A stretch of 64,000 nucleotides of DNA, taken from Myxococcales bacterium (GTDB lineage Bacteria > Myxococcota_A > Polyangia > Polyangiales > Polyangiaceae). Location of the stretch: assembly GCA_043747615.1 (NCBI GenBank), contig JAYTOU010000042.1, forward strand, positions 59,144 to 123,143, read 5' to 3'. The notes under the pieces were generated by a model. It ran no database searches, was not told the origin of the DNA, and saw only the letters and a list, made by a program, of their open reading frames with translations. Each line of letters starts with the position of its first letter. Position 1 is the first letter of the stretch. Shown one piece after another: positions 40,303 to 50,008 of the stretch. The position numbers and the translations under genes are program-made.

Positions 40303-40743
40303 ATGCAGCCCTGGCTTCCTCCGGCTCTCGGAGCCGCATGCTTCATCGCGATCCACTACGCCTTTTTGCGCGCGGCTTCCGGCCGCCTCACCGACACGTT
40401 CGGGGCTCTCATTCTCGAGGGGAGCGCGGTGGTCGGCATCACTCTCGCGTACCTGCTCGGCCTCCGCGGCGCCGAAGTGGTCACGACCAAGCTCGGCGTC
40501 CTCTTCTCCATGGCAAGCGGGCTCGCCATCTCGGGCGCAAGCATCCTGCTCTTCATGGCCCTTCGGCGCGGTGGGCCGGTCGCGACTACGGGCACCATCG
40601 TACTCGGCGGAGGCGTGACCATGAGCGCGCTCGTTGCCCCGTGGATTTTCGGAGAGGGCTTCACGGCCAGGCGCGCGGTTGGCGTTCTTCTCGGCGTCGC
40701 GGCGATGGTCGTCCTTTCGGGTGACCCGGGCACGGAGCCATGA
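40303..40743 (+). CDS. small DMT/EamA-like membrane protein
   Basis: About 5 hydrophobic helices ending in a FGEGFTARRAVG motif typical of EamA. Confidence 0.65.
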   Translation: MQPWLPPALGAACFIAIHYAFLRAASGRLTDTFGALILEGSAVVGITLAYLLGLRGAEVVTTKLGVLFSMASGLAISGASILLFMALRRGGPVATTGTIVLGGGVTMSALVAPWIFGEGFTARRAVGVLLGVAAMVVLSGDPGTEP

Positions 40744-41732
40744 TTCTCGCCGGCGACATCGGCGGCACCAACGCGCGGCTCGCGCTCTTCAGCGACGACG
40801 GCAAAAGGCGCGTCTCGCAGGCCACGCTTCCAACGAGCGCCCACAAGAATCTCGCGTCCGCGATTTCCTCTTTTTTTGCCGGGAAAAAGCCAAAATTGAC
40901 GGCGTCCACGTTTGGCGTCGCCGGCCCCATCGTCAGCCAGCGCTGCAAAATGCCGAACCTCGATTGGGTGATCGATGGCCCCGCTCTCGCGAAGCTCCTC
41001 GTGCTTCCTCGGGTGACGCTCATCAACGATCTGGTGGCTCTCGGGTACGGCGCTCTCGGGGTGCCAAAGGCGAAGCTCGTCCTTCTCAACGGCCGCACGG
41101 CTCCGAAGACCGAAGGCGCGACCGTGGCCGTGATCGCCGCGGGCACCGGGCTCGGTGAGGCCATGCTCGTGTGGGACGGCGAGCATGTGCCGTGCGCGAC
41201 CGAAGGGGGTCACGTCGATTTTGCGCCTAGAAATAGGCTCGAAATGGAGCTCCTGGAATTTCTCATCACGCGGGTCGGTGGGCGGGTGAGCTACGAGCGC
41301 GTGCTCTCGGGCCCCGGTATTGGCAACGTGTATGATTTTTTTCGGCAACGAAAAAACGTCGCCGAGAGCGCCCCCAACACGAAGCGGATTAAAGAGGCGA
41401 CGGACCGGAACGCGGCCATCTCGGAGCTCGGGGCCTCGCGAAAAAGCAACGCCGCCGCCAAGACGATCGATCTCTTCGCCAGCCTCTACGGAGCGGAAGC
41501 GGGGAATCTGGCGCTGAAGTCCTTCGCCATGGGGGGAGTTTTCGTCGCCGGAAAAATCGCCGGTCACCTCGCAAACACCTTGAAAACAAGCGACTTCATG
41601 CACTCGTTTATGGACAAGGGAAGAATGTCCGGTCTCCTGAAGAAGGTGCCGGTCGCGGTTGTCCTCGACTCCGACATCGGCCTCGCAGGGAGCGCTCGCC
41701 ACGCCGCATCGCTTCGGGATAAGTTGCGCTGA
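40740..41732 (+). CDS. glk: glucokinase
   Basis: [27 protein letters not shown] and ERVLSGPG. Confidence 0.93.
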   Translation: MILAGDIGGTNARLALFSDDGKRRVSQATLPTSAHKNLASAISSFFAGKKPKLTASTFGVAGPIVSQRCKMPNLDWVIDGPALAKLLVLPRVTLINDLVALGYGALGVPKAKLVLLNGRTAPKTEGATVAVIAAGTGLGEAMLVWDGEHVPCATEGGHVDFAPRNRLEMELLEFLITRVGGRVSYERVLSGPGIGNVYDFFRQRKNVAESAPNTKRIKEATDRNAAISELGASRKSNAAAKTIDLFASLYGAEAGNLALKSFAMGGVFVAGKIAGHLANTLKTSDFMHSFMDKGRMSGLLKKVPVAVVLDSDIGLAGSARHAASLRDKLR

Positions 41733-41742
41733 GGAGCCCACC

Positions 41743-43734
41743 ATGCCGCGTGAATACGATCCGAAGTCCGTTTCGCTTGCCGTAGGGACCATCAAGACGC
41801 TTTCGATCGATGCCGTCGAGAAGGCCAAGAGCGGTCACCCCGGCACGCCGATGGGCCTCGCGAACATCGCCTTCGAGCTCTGGACGCGGTACCTGCGCTA
41901 CGATCCAAAGGACCCGAACTGGATCGGGCGCGACCGGTTCGTGCTCTCCGCGGGTCACGCGTCGATGCTCCTCTACTCGATGCTGCACCTCGCGGGCTAC
42001 GACCTGCCGATGTCTGAGCTCGAGCAGTTCCGGCAGTGGGGCTCGAAGACGCCGGGTCACCCGGAGCACGGCCTCACCGCGGGCGTGGAGACGACCACCG
42101 GTCCGCTCGGTCAAGGCGTGGGAAATGCCGTCGGATTCGCGCTCGCGGCGAAGTTGAACGAGGCCCGCTTCGGCGAGCCGTTCAAGGGCCAGAAGGTCTT
42201 CACCATCTGCTCCGACGGCGATCTCATGGAAGGGGTAAGCGCCGAGGCATCGAGCATCGCCGGGCACCTCGGTCTGTCGAATCTGATCGCTATCTGGGAC
42301 GACAACCGGATCACCATCGAAGGCGCCACCACGCTCGCCTTCACCGAGGACACCGGCAAGCGCTACGAAGCGTACGGGTGGTTCGTCCAGCGCATCGACG
42401 GCCACGACCACGCGCAAATTCGCGCCGCGATCGACAAAGCCATCGCGGAGAAAGATCGTCCGTCGTTCATCGTCGCGCGTACCCACATCGCAAACGGCGC
42501 TCCGAAAGCGCACGACACGTCCGAAGCGCACGGCGCCCCTCTCGGAGCCGAAGAAATCGCCGCCACCAAAAAAGCCATGGGCTGGGATTACCCTTCTTTT
42601 ACCGTGCCGAAAGAGGTTTCTGCTCTCTTCGCAGAGCGTGCCGCCGACAACCTGAAAGAGAAAGAGGCGTGGACCGCGCGGGTCGACGCCTGGAAAAAAG
42701 CAAACAGCCCGCTCGCCTCCGAGCTCGACAGGTACATGCAGAAGACCGTCCCCGCGGACATCTTCGAGCAGCTCATGAAGGCCATGCCCGCGAAGGAGGT
42801 CGCCACGCGCGAGAGCTCCAACATCATTCAACAGGCGGCGGCCAAGCTCGTTCCGTCGCTCATAGGCGGTTCGGCCGATCTCGCCCCGTCGACCAAGACG
42901 CTCATCAAGGACAGCGCGGGCGTTTCTCGTGGCGAGTTCGCGGGGCGCAACTTGCACTTCGGCATTCGCGAGCACGGCATGGGCGCCATCTGCAACGGCA
43001 TGGCGCTCTACGGCGGAATCATCCCCTACGGCTCCACCTTCCTCATCTTCAGCGACTACATGCGCCCGAGCATCCGCTTGAGCGCGCTGATGGAGCAGCA
43101 GTGCTTGTGGATCTACACGCACGACTCCTTCATGCTCGGCGAGGACGGCCCGACCCATCAGTCCATCGAGCAACTCTGGTCGCTCCGGATGATTTGCAAC
43201 CTCGCCGTGGTGCGCCCCGGTGACTCCTTCGAGGTCGCCGCGGCGTGGACGATTGCCCTCCAGCGCACGCACGGTCCGACCGCGTTTGCCCTCACGCGTC
43301 AGAAGCTCCTCAATGTTGATCGCGGCGCGAGCTTCGATCCCAAGAGCGCACTCAAGGGCGTGTACATCGCGCAGGAAGCCACCGGCGGAAAACCGGACGT
43401 CATCCTGGTGGCCTCGGGGAGTGAGCTCGGCCTCGCCGTCGAAGCGCGCATCCGCCTCGAAAAAGCGGGGAAGAAGGCCCGTGTGGTGAGCGCGCTCTGC
43501 ATCGAAGAGTTCTTCAAGCAAGACGAGGCGTACCGCAGCTCCGTCCTTCCGAAGGGCGTAAAGATGGTCTCGATCGAAGCCGGCCGCACCGAAGGTTGGC
43601 GCGGCTTTCTCGGCGAAAACAGCCTGAACATCGGCATCGATCACTACGGCGCGAGCGCTCCCGACAAAGTCCTCGCGGAGAAGTTTGGCTTCACGCCGGA
43701 CGCGGTGATGGCCAAAATCAACGCCTGGCTCTAG
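41743..43734 (+). CDS. tkt: transketolase
   Basis: [32 protein letters not shown] and [11 protein letters not shown] gaggag before ATG 41743. Confidence 0.96.
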   Translation: MPREYDPKSVSLAVGTIKTLSIDAVEKAKSGHPGTPMGLANIAFELWTRYLRYDPKDPNWIGRDRFVLSAGHASMLLYSMLHLAGYDLPMSELEQFRQWGSKTPGHPEHGLTAGVETTTGPLGQGVGNAVGFALAAKLNEARFGEPFKGQKVFTICSDGDLMEGVSAEASSIAGHLGLSNLIAIWDDNRITIEGATTLAFTEDTGKRYEAYGWFVQRIDGHDHAQIRAAIDKAIAEKDRPSFIVARTHIANGAPKAHDTSEAHGAPLGAEEIAATKKAMGWDYPSFTVPKEVSALFAERAADNLKEKEAWTARVDAWKKANSPLASELDRYMQKTVPADIFEQLMKAMPAKEVATRESSNIIQQAAAKLVPSLIGGSADLAPSTKTLIKDSAGVSRGEFAGRNLHFGIREHGMGAICNGMALYGGIIPYGSTFLIFSDYMRPSIRLSALMEQQCLWIYTHDSFMLGEDGPTHQSIEQLWSLRMICNLAVVRPGDSFEVAAAWTIALQRTHGPTAFALTRQKLLNVDRGASFDPKSALKGVYIAQEATGGKPDVILVASGSELGLAVEARIRLEKAGKKARVVSALCIEEFFKQDEAYRSSVLPKGVKMVSIEAGRTEGWRGFLGENSLNIGIDHYGASAPDKVLAEKFGFTPDAVMAKINAWL

Positions 43735-43753
43735 CCGGCGTTCGCGACAACCT

Positions 43754-45229
43754 TCAGCGCGAAAACTCCATCGCGCCATCCTCGATCTCTCCATATCTCA
43801 GCATCAGGAGGTCGAGGACGTAATTTTGGCGAAGCTTCCACGGAGCCTTCGAGCCTTGCTTGGGGAACTTGTGGATGGCGCGCTTCACGTAGCCCGATGA
43901 AAAATCGAGCAGCGGCAACTCGACGATCGACGGGTCGCTGTTGTGCGGCGTGCACACGCGGTACCGGTGCTTTTCCATGTGGTTCAAGAGGCGGCAGATG
44001 TACTCGCTCGTGAGATCGCACTTTAGCGTCCACGACGCGTTCGTGTACCCGATGGCCGACGCGAGGTTGGGCACACCGCTGCACATCATGCCCTTGTAGC
44101 TGAGGGTCTTTGCGAGATCGACGTCTCGGCCATCGACGCTGAGCTGCATTCCGCCGAAAGCGACGAGGTCGAGCCCCGTCGCGGTCACGACGAGATCCGC
44201 GTCGAGCTCCGCCCCGGAGCGCAGCTTGATCCCCTTCTCCGTGAAGCTCTCGATGTGATCGGTGACCACCGAGGCTCGCCCCGCCTTTATGGCTTCGAAA
44301 AAATCTCCATTGGGCACCAGACACACCCGCTGATCCCAGGGATTGTAGCGGGGCGTGAAATGGGTATCGATGTCGTAGTCGGCGCCGAGGGCGCGCCTCA
44401 CGCCCATCCGATTCAACTTCTTGACGAGCTTCGGCGCACGTCTCGACAGCTCGAAAAATGCCATGCCGAGGGCCACGTTTTTCCATCGCGTGATGGCGTA
44501 AGCGGGTTTCGAAGGCAGGTGTCGGCGAAGGAAGTTTGCGATCGGATCCTCGTCGGGCAACGCGACGACGTACGTCGGCGACCGCTGCAACATGGTCACG
44601 TGCGCGGCCGACTTGGCCATCGCCGGCACGAGCGTCACCGCCGTTGCTCCGCTGCCAATGATGATGACGCGCTTGCCCGCGTAGTCGATGTCGTCCGTCC
44701 ATTTTTGGGGGTGCACGATGCGACCCGCGAAGCGATCAGCGCCTGGAAATACGGGGGTAAAACCTTCGACGTAGCTGTAGTAACCGCTGCACAAATAAAT
44801 GAAGTTAGTTGTGATCTGCACGCGCTCTCGTGTTGCGCCGCGCTCGACGTCCAGCGTCCACTTCGCGTCTCGGGTGGACCACGACGCACGGGTGACGCGG
44901 TGGCCGTATCGGATTTTCTTGTCGATGCCGTGGGCCTTCGCCGTATCGCGAACGTAATCGAGGATCGACGGTCCATCCGCGATGGACTTGGCTTCCTTCC
45001 ACGGCCGGAAGGAATAGCCGAGCGTGTACATGTCCGAGTCTGACCGAACGCCGGGGTAGCGGAAGAGATCCCAGGTGCCGCCGATCGAGTCACGGCCCTC
45101 GAGGATCGCGTAGCTCTTCGTGGGGCAGTTCGCCTGCAGATGGTAGCCGGCGCCGATCCCGGAGAGACCAGCGCCCACGACGAGAACGTCGAAGTGTTCG
45201 ATCACCATTACGTCAGCACTCTCGCGCAT
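43754..45229 (-). CDS. flavin-containing monooxygenase (EthA/Baeyer-Villiger-like)
   Basis: GAGLSG, GGTWDLFRYPGVRSDSD, FAGRIVHPQKW fingerprint, GSGATA and ATG. Start overlaps the pgl stop (alternative start 45208). Confidence 0.9.
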   Translation of the reverse strand: MRESADVMVIEHFDVLVVGAGLSGIGAGYHLQANCPTKSYAILEGRDSIGGTWDLFRYPGVRSDSDMYTLGYSFRPWKEAKSIADGPSILDYVRDTAKAHGIDKKIRYGHRVTRASWSTRDAKWTLDVERGATRERVQITTNFIYLCSGYYSYVEGFTPVFPGADRFAGRIVHPQKWTDDIDYAGKRVIIIGSGATAVTLVPAMAKSAAHVTMLQRSPTYVVALPDEDPIANFLRRHLPSKPAYAITRWKNVALGMAFFELSRRAPKLVKKLNRMGVRRALGADYDIDTHFTPRYNPWDQRVCLVPNGDFFEAIKAGRASVVTDHIESFTEKGIKLRSGAELDADLVVTATGLDLVAFGGMQLSVDGRDVDLAKTLSYKGMMCSGVPNLASAIGYTNASWTLKCDLTSEYICRLLNHMEKHRYRVCTPHNSDPSIVELPLLDFSSGYVKRAIHKFPKQGSKAPWKLRQNYVLDLLMLRYGEIEDGAMEFSR

Positions 45230-45972
45230 CAACCCAGGCCGCCGGCGGCCTTGTCGATGATCCACATGATGCCGCCGCGCACGCCCCGAATGACGCGGGC
45301 GGGGGTGGCGTGAGCGTCGCCATTCACCTGCCAGACGCGCTCGAGGGGACCGCGCTTGTTTTTTCCGACGGCGACGACGAGCGCCAACCGCGCGTGCTCG
45401 ATGGCCGGCACGGTGAGCGTCATCCGCGCCTCGCGCTTTTCGGCCGCGGGGACGGCGGTCACCAGGCGGTCGGTGATGTCGATCGTGTTTTCTCCCGGGA
45501 AGAGAGACGCGGTGTGGCCGTCCTCGCCGATGCCGAGGACCATGAGATCGAACGAGGGGACGCCCATCGCATCGACCGGCACAACCTTCCGAATGAGCGT
45601 CTCGTACGCCTGCGCGGCCACGTCGAGATCCGGGGCGTCGGCCGGCATGCGGTGCACGTTGGCGGCCGGAATTTTTGCGGGATCGAGCAGACTCGCTTTT
45701 GCCCAGCGGTAGTTGCTGCGGTCGTCGGTCGGGGGTGCCGCGCGCTCGTCGACCCAGAAGACGTTGACGTTCGACCAGTGGATTTTCTCGTCGGCTGCGA
45801 GGAGCTTGTATGCAGCTCGCGGAGACTCGCCTCCGCTGAGCGCGATGCAAGCGGTCCCGCGCGCCGCGATCGCGTCACGGATTGCCTTGCCCATGCGCGC
45901 CGATGCCCCCTGGGCCACGGCCCCGACGTCGTCAGAAGCGATGAGGAGGCCGGGAACGACTTTCGTGGTCAT
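45229..45972 (-). CDS. pgl: 6-phosphogluconolactonase
   Basis: ALSGGESP, DER, SNY and LGIGEDGHTASLFP. Confidence 0.92.
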   Translation of the reverse strand: MTTKVVPGLLIASDDVGAVAQGASARMGKAIRDAIAARGTACIALSGGESPRAAYKLLAADEKIHWSNVNVFWVDERAAPPTDDRSNYRWAKASLLDPAKIPAANVHRMPADAPDLDVAAQAYETLIRKVVPVDAMGVPSFDLMVLGIGEDGHTASLFPGENTIDITDRLVTAVPAAEKREARMTLTVPAIEHARLALVVAVGKNKRGPLERVWQVNGDAHATPARVIRGVRGGIMWIIDKAAGGLG

Positions 45973-47096
45973 GTGCAGAAGATCCCTTCGTCTTCGAGTT
46001 GATCGGCGAACGCAACGGATTCCATGAGCGCGAGATCGTTCGTCGGGCGATGCAGCGTGCGCTCGAGGAGCCCCGCGCTTTTGTTCGCGCCGAGGCGGAC
46101 GCGCTGCTCCGTGGCGCTCGGCAAGTCGACGTCGAGCTTCCAGACGAGCATGTCGGCCGTTTGAGGATCGCGACCGACGGACCCATGAACGGCCACGCCG
46201 TTTGCTTCGGCCTCCACGCGCACCGCCGCGAGCGCATTGGGGGCGACATCTGCCGGTGGCCGAGCCACCGCGCCAAGGACGATGGCAACCACGCCGCCGT
46301 CGGGTCGCTTGTACCGGAGTCGGCCGCCGAGGCGATCGAGCTTCCAACCGAGACGGGTCGCAAACCAACCGAGGAGCAACGCGCCCTCGGTGCCCAGGCG
46401 CGCGCCCGCATCGGAGTGCTGCCGAATCGTGAGCTTGGTGACGCGCATCGCGTGCTCGCCGAGCTTCGGCTCATCGAAGAAACGCGCGCACATCTCGAGC
46501 CACGGGCCTAGCCGAATCCAAGCCAAATCCATGACGCCCGGACGATCCGGCTCAGCGCGCGCCCAGCGTGCGAGCTGAAGGAGACTCGTGAGCGACGTGT
46601 ACTCCGTGTCGAGCACCACGCGCTGGGATTGCATCGCGATGGCGCAAAACACGGGGTCCTCGACGTGCACGCGCCCGAGCCACACGAGGGACGTCGGGAT
46701 CTCTGGGACGAGCAGGGCTTCGACCGCGCTCGGCACACGCGCACAGACGGAACCGCTTGCGACCAGCCGCACGCGCTCGGAGCACGTGGCGTCTTCACCG
46801 ATGCCGCACACCGCGGTCACGTCGCCTTCGAGGGCTCCGTGGGGTGCATCGGCGTCGAGCGTGACGACGATCGCCCGCGCAGGAGTCGTGCTCGTCACCT
46901 CGTCGACGATCGCCAAGTAGCGCTCGGCGATGTCCTTCGACCCGGCGACAACCACCAAGTTCATCGTGCAGACCCTAGATTTCGTGGGCTGTCCTGGCTC
47001 CACCACCCACACGTCGCGGAGCTGCTTTTCGATCGCGGTGATGACTGAGCTCGTCGGCTGGCTCGCCGGAGACATGGACGCGCGGGTCACGCTCAC
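45969..47096 (-). CDS. opcA: glucose-6-phosphate dehydrogenase assembly protein OpcA
   Basis: Sits between zwf and pgl. MNLVV, PARAI, LLVPEIP, DLAWIRLGPW and LLLGW motifs. GTG start overlaps the zwf stop (alternative start 47075). Confidence 0.8.
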   Translation of the reverse strand: MSVTRASMSPASQPTSSVITAIEKQLRDVWVVEPGQPTKSRVCTMNLVVVAGSKDIAERYLAIVDEVTSTTPARAIVVTLDADAPHGALEGDVTAVCGIGEDATCSERVRLVASGSVCARVPSAVEALLVPEIPTSLVWLGRVHVEDPVFCAIAMQSQRVVLDTEYTSLTSLLQLARWARAEPDRPGVMDLAWIRLGPWLEMCARFFDEPKLGEHAMRVTKLTIRQHSDAGARLGTEGALLLGWFATRLGWKLDRLGGRLRYKRPDGGVVAIVLGAVARPPADVAPNALAAVRVEAEANGVAVHGSVGRDPQTADMLVWKLDVDLPSATEQRVRLGANKSAGLLERTLHRPTNDLALMESVAFADQLEDEGIFCT

Positions 47097-48634
47097 GGCT
47101 TTCTCCAGCGCCTGCCATCCTGAGCGAGGAGATCGTCGGCTTGCTCCGGGCCCCACGTGCCCGCGGGGTGAATCGGGGGCGGCGCGTTGGCCTCCGATTG
47201 CCAGGCCTCGAAGACGTGGTCCATGAACGACCACTGTGCTTCGACCTCGTCGCGCCGCGTGAAGAGCGTCGCCTCGCCGCGCATGGCGTCGAGGAGCAGC
47301 CGCTCGTATGCCTCGGGCGTGTTCGAGCCGAAGGCTGCGCCGTAGCGGAAGTCCATCGCCACGTCGCGCAGGACGGTGGCCTGGCCTGGCTCCTTGGTGA
47401 TGAAGCGAATGGCGATCCCTTCGTCGGGCTGAATGCGCATCGCGAGCACGTTCGGCGTGATGCCACCGTCGGCCGCGCGGAAGAGAGTGTGCGGGACCTT
47501 TTTGAACGTCACGGCGATTTCCGTTACGCGTTTCGGCAGCCGTTTTCCAGCGCGAACGTAGAAGGGGACGCCGCCCCACCGCCAGTTGTCGATGAAGACC
47601 CGCATGGCTACGTACGTCTCGGTCTGCGACGTAGGCGACACGTCGGGCTCCTCGCGGTAGGCCGGCACTTCGTCGGCGCGCACGAAGCCCCGACCGTACT
47701 GGCCGCGGATCACGTTGGTCGCCACTTGCGATCGTCCGATGGGACGAAGCGAGCGCAGGACTTTCACTTTTTCGTCGCGGACCGCATCGGCCGCGAGCGA
47801 GATCGGCGGCTCCATCGCCGTGAGACAGAGGAGCTGCATCGCGTGATTCTCGACGATGTCGCGGGTCACCCCCGTCTGCTCGAAAAATTTCCCGCGCCCC
47901 TCGACGCCAATCTCTTCCGCGACGGTGATTTGAACGTGGTCGACGTGCTCGCGTGACCACACCGGCTCGAATAGGCTGTTTGCGAAGCGAAACACGAGCA
48001 GGTTCTGCACCGTCTCTTTGCCGAGATAGTGGTCGATGCGGAAGACTTCGTTCTCCTTGAAAACGCGGGCGATCGTATCATTGAGCTCGACGGCGCTCTT
48101 CAGATCGTGGCCGAACGGTTTCTCGAATACCACCCGCGTCCAGGGACCGCCTTCCTTCTCCTCGCCGCTGCGAACGAGCTTCGCTTCGCGCAGCCCGTCG
48201 ACGATGATCCCGAAGTCAGAAGGGGGAACCGCGAAGTAGTAGAGGCGGTTGCCTTGCGTGCCCCGCTCCTTGTCGAGCGCCTCGAGATGCTCCCGCATGT
48301 TCTGGTACGTCTTCGGATCCTCGAAGGTGCCCTGAACGTAGGTTATGCCTTTTTCGAAATCGGACCACACGGCCTCGTCCAGCGGCTTACGCCTAGAGAA
48401 CTTGGCGGTCCCTTCCTTCATCTCCGCGCGGAACGCGTCGTCGGTCTTCGGCCGACGAGCGACGCCTACGATGGCGAACGCTCCAGGAAGCGCCCGGCTG
48501 ACGGCAAGGTTGTAGAGTGCAGGTACCAGCTTTCGACGCGTCAGATCTCCTGACGCTCCGAAAATCACGAGAGCGCACGCTTCCCCCGTTTTGTCGTCGA
48601 TCAGCCCGTTCCGCAGCGGATTTTTGGGGTTCAT
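47093..48634 (-). CDS. zwf: glucose-6-phosphate 1-dehydrogenase
   Basis: GASGDL, EKPFG, RIDHYLGKE, RWGGVPFYVRAGK and EAYERLL. Confidence 0.96.
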   Translation of the reverse strand: MNPKNPLRNGLIDDKTGEACALVIFGASGDLTRRKLVPALYNLAVSRALPGAFAIVGVARRPKTDDAFRAEMKEGTAKFSRRKPLDEAVWSDFEKGITYVQGTFEDPKTYQNMREHLEALDKERGTQGNRLYYFAVPPSDFGIIVDGLREAKLVRSGEEKEGGPWTRVVFEKPFGHDLKSAVELNDTIARVFKENEVFRIDHYLGKETVQNLLVFRFANSLFEPVWSREHVDHVQITVAEEIGVEGRGKFFEQTGVTRDIVENHAMQLLCLTAMEPPISLAADAVRDEKVKVLRSLRPIGRSQVATNVIRGQYGRGFVRADEVPAYREEPDVSPTSQTETYVAMRVFIDNWRWGGVPFYVRAGKRLPKRVTEIAVTFKKVPHTLFRAADGGITPNVLAMRIQPDEGIAIRFITKEPGQATVLRDVAMDFRYGAAFGSNTPEAYERLLLDAMRGEATLFTRRDEVEAQWSFMDHVFEAWQSEANAPPPIHPAGTWGPEQADDLLAQDGRRWRKP

Positions 48635-48645
48635 TCTCTTCTCTT

Positions 48646-49542
48646 CTAGGCCTTCTTGACCGCGTGCCCACCGAACTCGTTCCGGAGAGCGGCGAGGACA
48701 CGCATGGAGAACGAGTTTTCCTGGCGGGAGACGAAGCGCGCAAAGAGCGCGGCGGCGATGGTCGGGACGGCGACCGCGTGGGCCACGGCCTCGTTTACCG
48801 TCCAGCGCCCTTCGCCCGAGTCGTCCACCCACGGCTTGAGCGCCGCGAGCTCCGGGTCCTTCTTAAAAGCGAGCTCCGCGAGCTCGAGGAGCCACGAGCG
48901 AACGACGCTCCCATGATTCCAGACGCCGGTGACCTTCGTGAGATCGTACTTGTACTCGCTCGCCTTCATGAGCTCGAAGCCCTCGGCGTAGGACTGCATC
49001 ATCGCGTACTCGATCCCGTTATGGACCATCTTGCAAAAGTGGCCAGCGCCGGCCTTGCCGAAATATCCGAGGCCGTCCTTGGGAGCGAGCGTCGTGAGCG
49101 CCGGCTCCACGAATTTGTAAGCGCTCTCGTCGCCGCCGACCATCAGGCAGTAGCCGACCTGAAGGCCCCAGATTCCGCCCGAGGTTCCGGCATCGAGGAA
49201 GCGCAGCTTCTTTTCGGCGAGCTCCTTGGCGTGACGGATGGAGTCGCGGAAATTCGAGTTGCCGCCGTCGATCACGATGTCGTTCGCCGTCATCAGCTCG
49301 GAGAGCTTCGTGATCGTGTCTTCGGTGGGCTTGCCTGCGGGCACCATGACCCAAACCGCGCGAGGCGCTTCCATCTTCGAGATCAGATCCTCGAGGGAGC
49401 TTGCGCCGACGGCGCCTTCCTTGGCGATGGTCGCGACGACTGCGGGATCACGGTCGAAGGCGACGACTTTGTGCCCGCCCTGGAGCAGGCGCTTGACCAT
49501 GTTGCCGCCCATTTTCCCGAGGCCAATGATTGCGATTTGCAT
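48646..49542 (-). CDS. gnd: 6-phosphogluconate dehydrogenase, decarboxylating (short type)
   Basis: IGLGKMG, IDGGNS, DAGTSGG, KMVHNGIEY, DSGEGRWT and LRNEFGGH. Confidence 0.94.
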   Translation of the reverse strand: MQIAIIGLGKMGGNMVKRLLQGGHKVVAFDRDPAVVATIAKEGAVGASSLEDLISKMEAPRAVWVMVPAGKPTEDTITKLSELMTANDIVIDGGNSNFRDSIRHAKELAEKKLRFLDAGTSGGIWGLQVGYCLMVGGDESAYKFVEPALTTLAPKDGLGYFGKAGAGHFCKMVHNGIEYAMMQSYAEGFELMKASEYKYDLTKVTGVWNHGSVVRSWLLELAELAFKKDPELAALKPWVDDSGEGRWTVNEAVAHAVAVPTIAAALFARFVSRQENSFSMRVLAALRNEFGGHAVKKA

Positions 49543-49686
49543 GGAAGCGTCTCCGCTGGAAAAGGAACGATCGTTCGACCCACGCCTCAACCAATGGAGC
49601 GCGGCCGAGCGAGGATACACACATTGCTTTGGCCCGGGTCGTGCTTAGTTTCTGAGCTTCTGAGCTTGCCTGGAGGTAACCCAATC

Positions 49687-49947
49687 ATGAGAGACATTGG
49701 AAACAATGGACGCCTCATCGGCGTCGTTCAGGTGCACGTGGGCGCAAAGGTCTTCGCGTTGCCCGTTCAAGCCGTGAGCGTGGGCCGGGATCGCTTGTCC
49801 ACGGTACCCGGCGGCTTTTTCAGCGATGGACCGGGGCAATACGGCATCATCGTGGACGGCGATGGCTCGCAGTCGGACGTGGAGGCGCAGATCGCAGCGG
49901 GCTCCGCCGAGGCCGTTCGTCACATTTCGAAGAAATTCTTCAACTAG
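49687..49947 (+). CDS. small hypothetical protein (86 aa)
   Basis: RBS ggagg upstream. Fills the gap between gnd and the next gene with GC3-biased codons. Confidence 0.6.
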   Translation: MRDIGNNGRLIGVVQVHVGAKVFALPVQAVSVGRDRLSTVPGGFFSDGPGQYGIIVDGDGSQSDVEAQIAAGSAEAVRHISKKFFN

Positions 49948-50008
49948 AAAAACTTCATCGCGCGTTTTTCCCTAGAACTTTCCGCTTGGAGCGTCGTCTG
50001 ATGCCGGT

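Noticed and set aside
41608..43794. 728-aa minus-strand ORF
   Set aside because: Antisense shadow of tkt, common in high-GC genomes.
45230..45850. Apparent fusion extension on the monooxygenase (698-aa ORF)
   Set aside because: Out-of-frame overlap with pgl; Arg-rich nonsense sequence.
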